Part shown: in pieces, positions 62,343 to 64,000 of the stretch
How positions within the stretch are numbered: the stretch's first letter is position 1
Layout of the letters: the number at the start of each line of letters is the position of its first letter
Sequence record: MH494197.1
Origin: Escherichia phage CMSTMSU
Strand: one strand, 5' to 3'
DNA length: 64,000 nt
Notes under the pieces: model-generated
Seen by the model: the letters and a program-made list of their open reading frames with translations, nothing else
Database searches by the model: none
Told to the model about the DNA's origin: nothing
Position numbers and translations under genes: made by a program

Positions 62343-62945
62343 ATGGGTGATAACACAGTTAAGTATTATATTACCCAAATAGAATCAAATGTTCATAGCT
62401 GTGAGATAGGTTTCCTATCATCATGGATAATTAAGAAGGACAAAACTGTTTTCATTTTAGGAAACAAAAGCAGTATTGGATTAACTGATTCGACAACATC
62501 ATGGTTCGAAATTACAAACTTATTTTCTGCTGTTCCTGAAATATGGGACAACCTATTTGAATGTAAAGTTCAATTGGGATATAACTGCATACGTGTTATG
62601 ACACCACTAGGATCAATATATGCGATTGGTACAAACACTTATGGTGCATTGGGTACTGGTACTACATCCTCATCCACTTCGTTCGTTAAAAGTGGTGCTG
62701 TGGATGCTGTACGCATGGAATCAACAGAACGTTCAGTGTTCTATCAAAACAGTTCTGGACAATGGTTTGGATGTGGTGATAACACATATGGTATACTAGG
62801 TCTAGGAACTACCGCTAGTCGTGTAAACTCATACACCGCACCAGTATGGACTAATGCAGAAGCTGTTAGCTTCTCTAACCGTGGATCATATACAGCCTCA
62901 ATGGTACTCTATACTCATGTGGTGACAAAGTTAATGGTCAGCTAG
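62343..62945 (+). CDS. RCC1-like repeat protein, unit 17 body (leader ATG at 62208, MLPFVLLFDYGN)
   Basis: YGALGTGTTSS, YGILGLGTTAS repeats. Confidence 0.45.
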   Translation: MGDNTVKYYITQIESNVHSCEIGFLSSWIIKKDKTVFILGNKSSIGLTDSTTSWFEITNLFSAVPEIWDNLFECKVQLGYNCIRVMTPLGSIYAIGTNTYGALGTGTTSSSTSFVKSGAVDAVRMESTERSVFYQNSSGQWFGCGDNTYGILGLGTTASRVNSYTAPVWTNAEAVSFSNRGSYTASMVLYTHVVTKLMVS

Positions 62946-63312
62946 GGATGGATATACACAAAGCATAGACGCTGCCGAGCACACCATACACCATAGGAAC
63001 CGCATTCCAAATTGGTAAGGCAATAACATCAGCTACACAAGCATCAGCCAACGTATTCATTGGTAAAGATAATAAGTTCTATGGTACTGGTAGTATTGCT
63101 GCTGGTATAAATGGTAGTACTAGTGCTGCATTAAGTAAAGTTACTGCGTTATCAGCATCACTACCACCTGACATTACATACAATGATATTATATCATTTA
63201 ATACAGGGACCGTAACTTTTATTCAAGCAAAGGACAACTATATTATGTTGGTAGAAGAACTTACATAGATAATAGTTCAGACGTTACCACACAGTTCAGT
63301 GTAATTGGTGGA

Positions 63313-63729
63313 TTAGATAATTAAAATTAATCCAGTACTATTATAGTACTGGATTTTTATTATAACATACGTTTTTACGAATAGTATTGTGGATATTTTT
63401 AAGTAGTTCACACCTTTACACAACCCATAAAATACACCAGCACATACACCAAATGCAGGTATCATACATGCAAACATCGTTATCAATTCCCACATCTCCA
63501 TACCATCTTGATTCGGTCCAAGGTCAAAGATAACAACCAAAACCAAACCTGTGATACTTAGCATATAATATGCCATGAAGATAATAAAAGAAACAATACC
63601 AACATCAGAGCGAACTGAATTTAGCATATTATATACTGGGGTTACACAGAAGTAATACAATAACCAAATCAAAGAACCTAAACTAAACACAATAATAGTA
63701 ATGATTGAAAATATTTCACGATAACTCAT
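63313..63729 (-). CDS. multi-pass membrane protein
   Basis: Several ~20-aa hydrophobic segments. Confidence 0.5.
   Translation of the reverse strand: MSYREIFSIITIIVFSLGSLIWLLYYFCVTPVYNMLNSVRSDVGIVSFIIFMAYYMLSITGLVLVVIFDLGPNQDGMEMWELITMFACMIPAFGVCAGVFYGLCKGVNYLKISTILFVKTYVIIKIQYYNSTGLILII
63331..63358 (+). terminator. terminator hairpin at end of RCC1 array
   Basis: TCCAGTACTattatAGTACTGGA + TTTTTAT. Confidence 0.5.
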
Positions 63730-63730
63730 T

Positions 63731-63931
63731 TTAGTCCCTCGTACCTAAACGATCATGGATTTCGGAAATCTTATGATACAACCACGCCATCAACTCAACT
63801 GATGCACAGAGAATAACCACACACAGTGTTAGTGAACATATCATAATACCAAATGTTATAAAATTCAAACTCGATGTTAATAATGCAACCAGCATTAGAA
63901 TAAAACCAAAATTGAATGCTATACTCAACAC
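63731..63931 (-). CDS. small membrane protein
   Basis: Two hydrophobic helices in 66 aa; abuts the next gene. Confidence 0.45.
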   Translation of the reverse strand: MLSIAFNFGFILMLVALLTSSLNFITFGIMICSLTLCVVILCASVELMAWLYHKISEIHDRLGTRD

Positions 63932-64000
63932 AGTATATGCTGGACTATATCTCCTTTGTATTACATCATATATATTTGATAATGGTCGCTTATGGAAGTA

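Noticed and set aside
1-64000. tRNA or rRNA genes, integrase, transposase, prophage att sites
   Set aside because: No T-loop-like GGTTCGAATCC-type motifs or cloverleaf candidates were found by eye, and there are no long ORFs resembling recombinases. A tRNAscan-type search is still needed to exclude tRNAs formally.

Overview
This 64-kb window reads like part of a large virulent bacteriophage genome: densely packed small genes, sigma70-type promoters, Shine-Dalgarno sites and hairpin terminators, with no rRNA, tRNA, integrase or transposase recognised by eye. It is AT-rich with a visibly GC-richer central block. Layout: (i) 0-16.2 kb, minus-strand block of about 55 small ORFs dominated by two paralog families, one with an 'EExFQ-YSLVHD' core motif and one with an 'LGTNYQE' motif (about 25 tandem copies); (ii) 16.2-35.8 kb, GC-richer minus-strand block of small unrelated ORFs (one recognisable GNAT acetyltransferase), each preceded by a near-identical promoter + 5' stem-loop cassette (about 30-35 copies), plus a second repeated ~90-bp element; (iii) 35.8-37.6 kb, ORF-poor region with several classes of iterons and plus-strand promoters; (iv) 37.6-42.4 kb, tandem minus-strand 'MYKEFY' ~60-aa paralogs; (v) 42.7-63.3 kb, plus-strand tandem array of about 17 RCC1-like beta-propeller genes sharing a near-identical 5' cassette (TATAAT, AAGGAGG, first 12 codons MLPF[V/A]RM[F/V][D/K]YGN) and hairpin terminators; (vi) two membrane-protein genes at the right end. 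Many genes are broken by frameshifts, at least one at a homopolymer, so either the sequence carries indel errors or the families contain many pseudogenes. Fragment coordinates follow the ORF track; products are inferred from motifs only, since no database search was possible.
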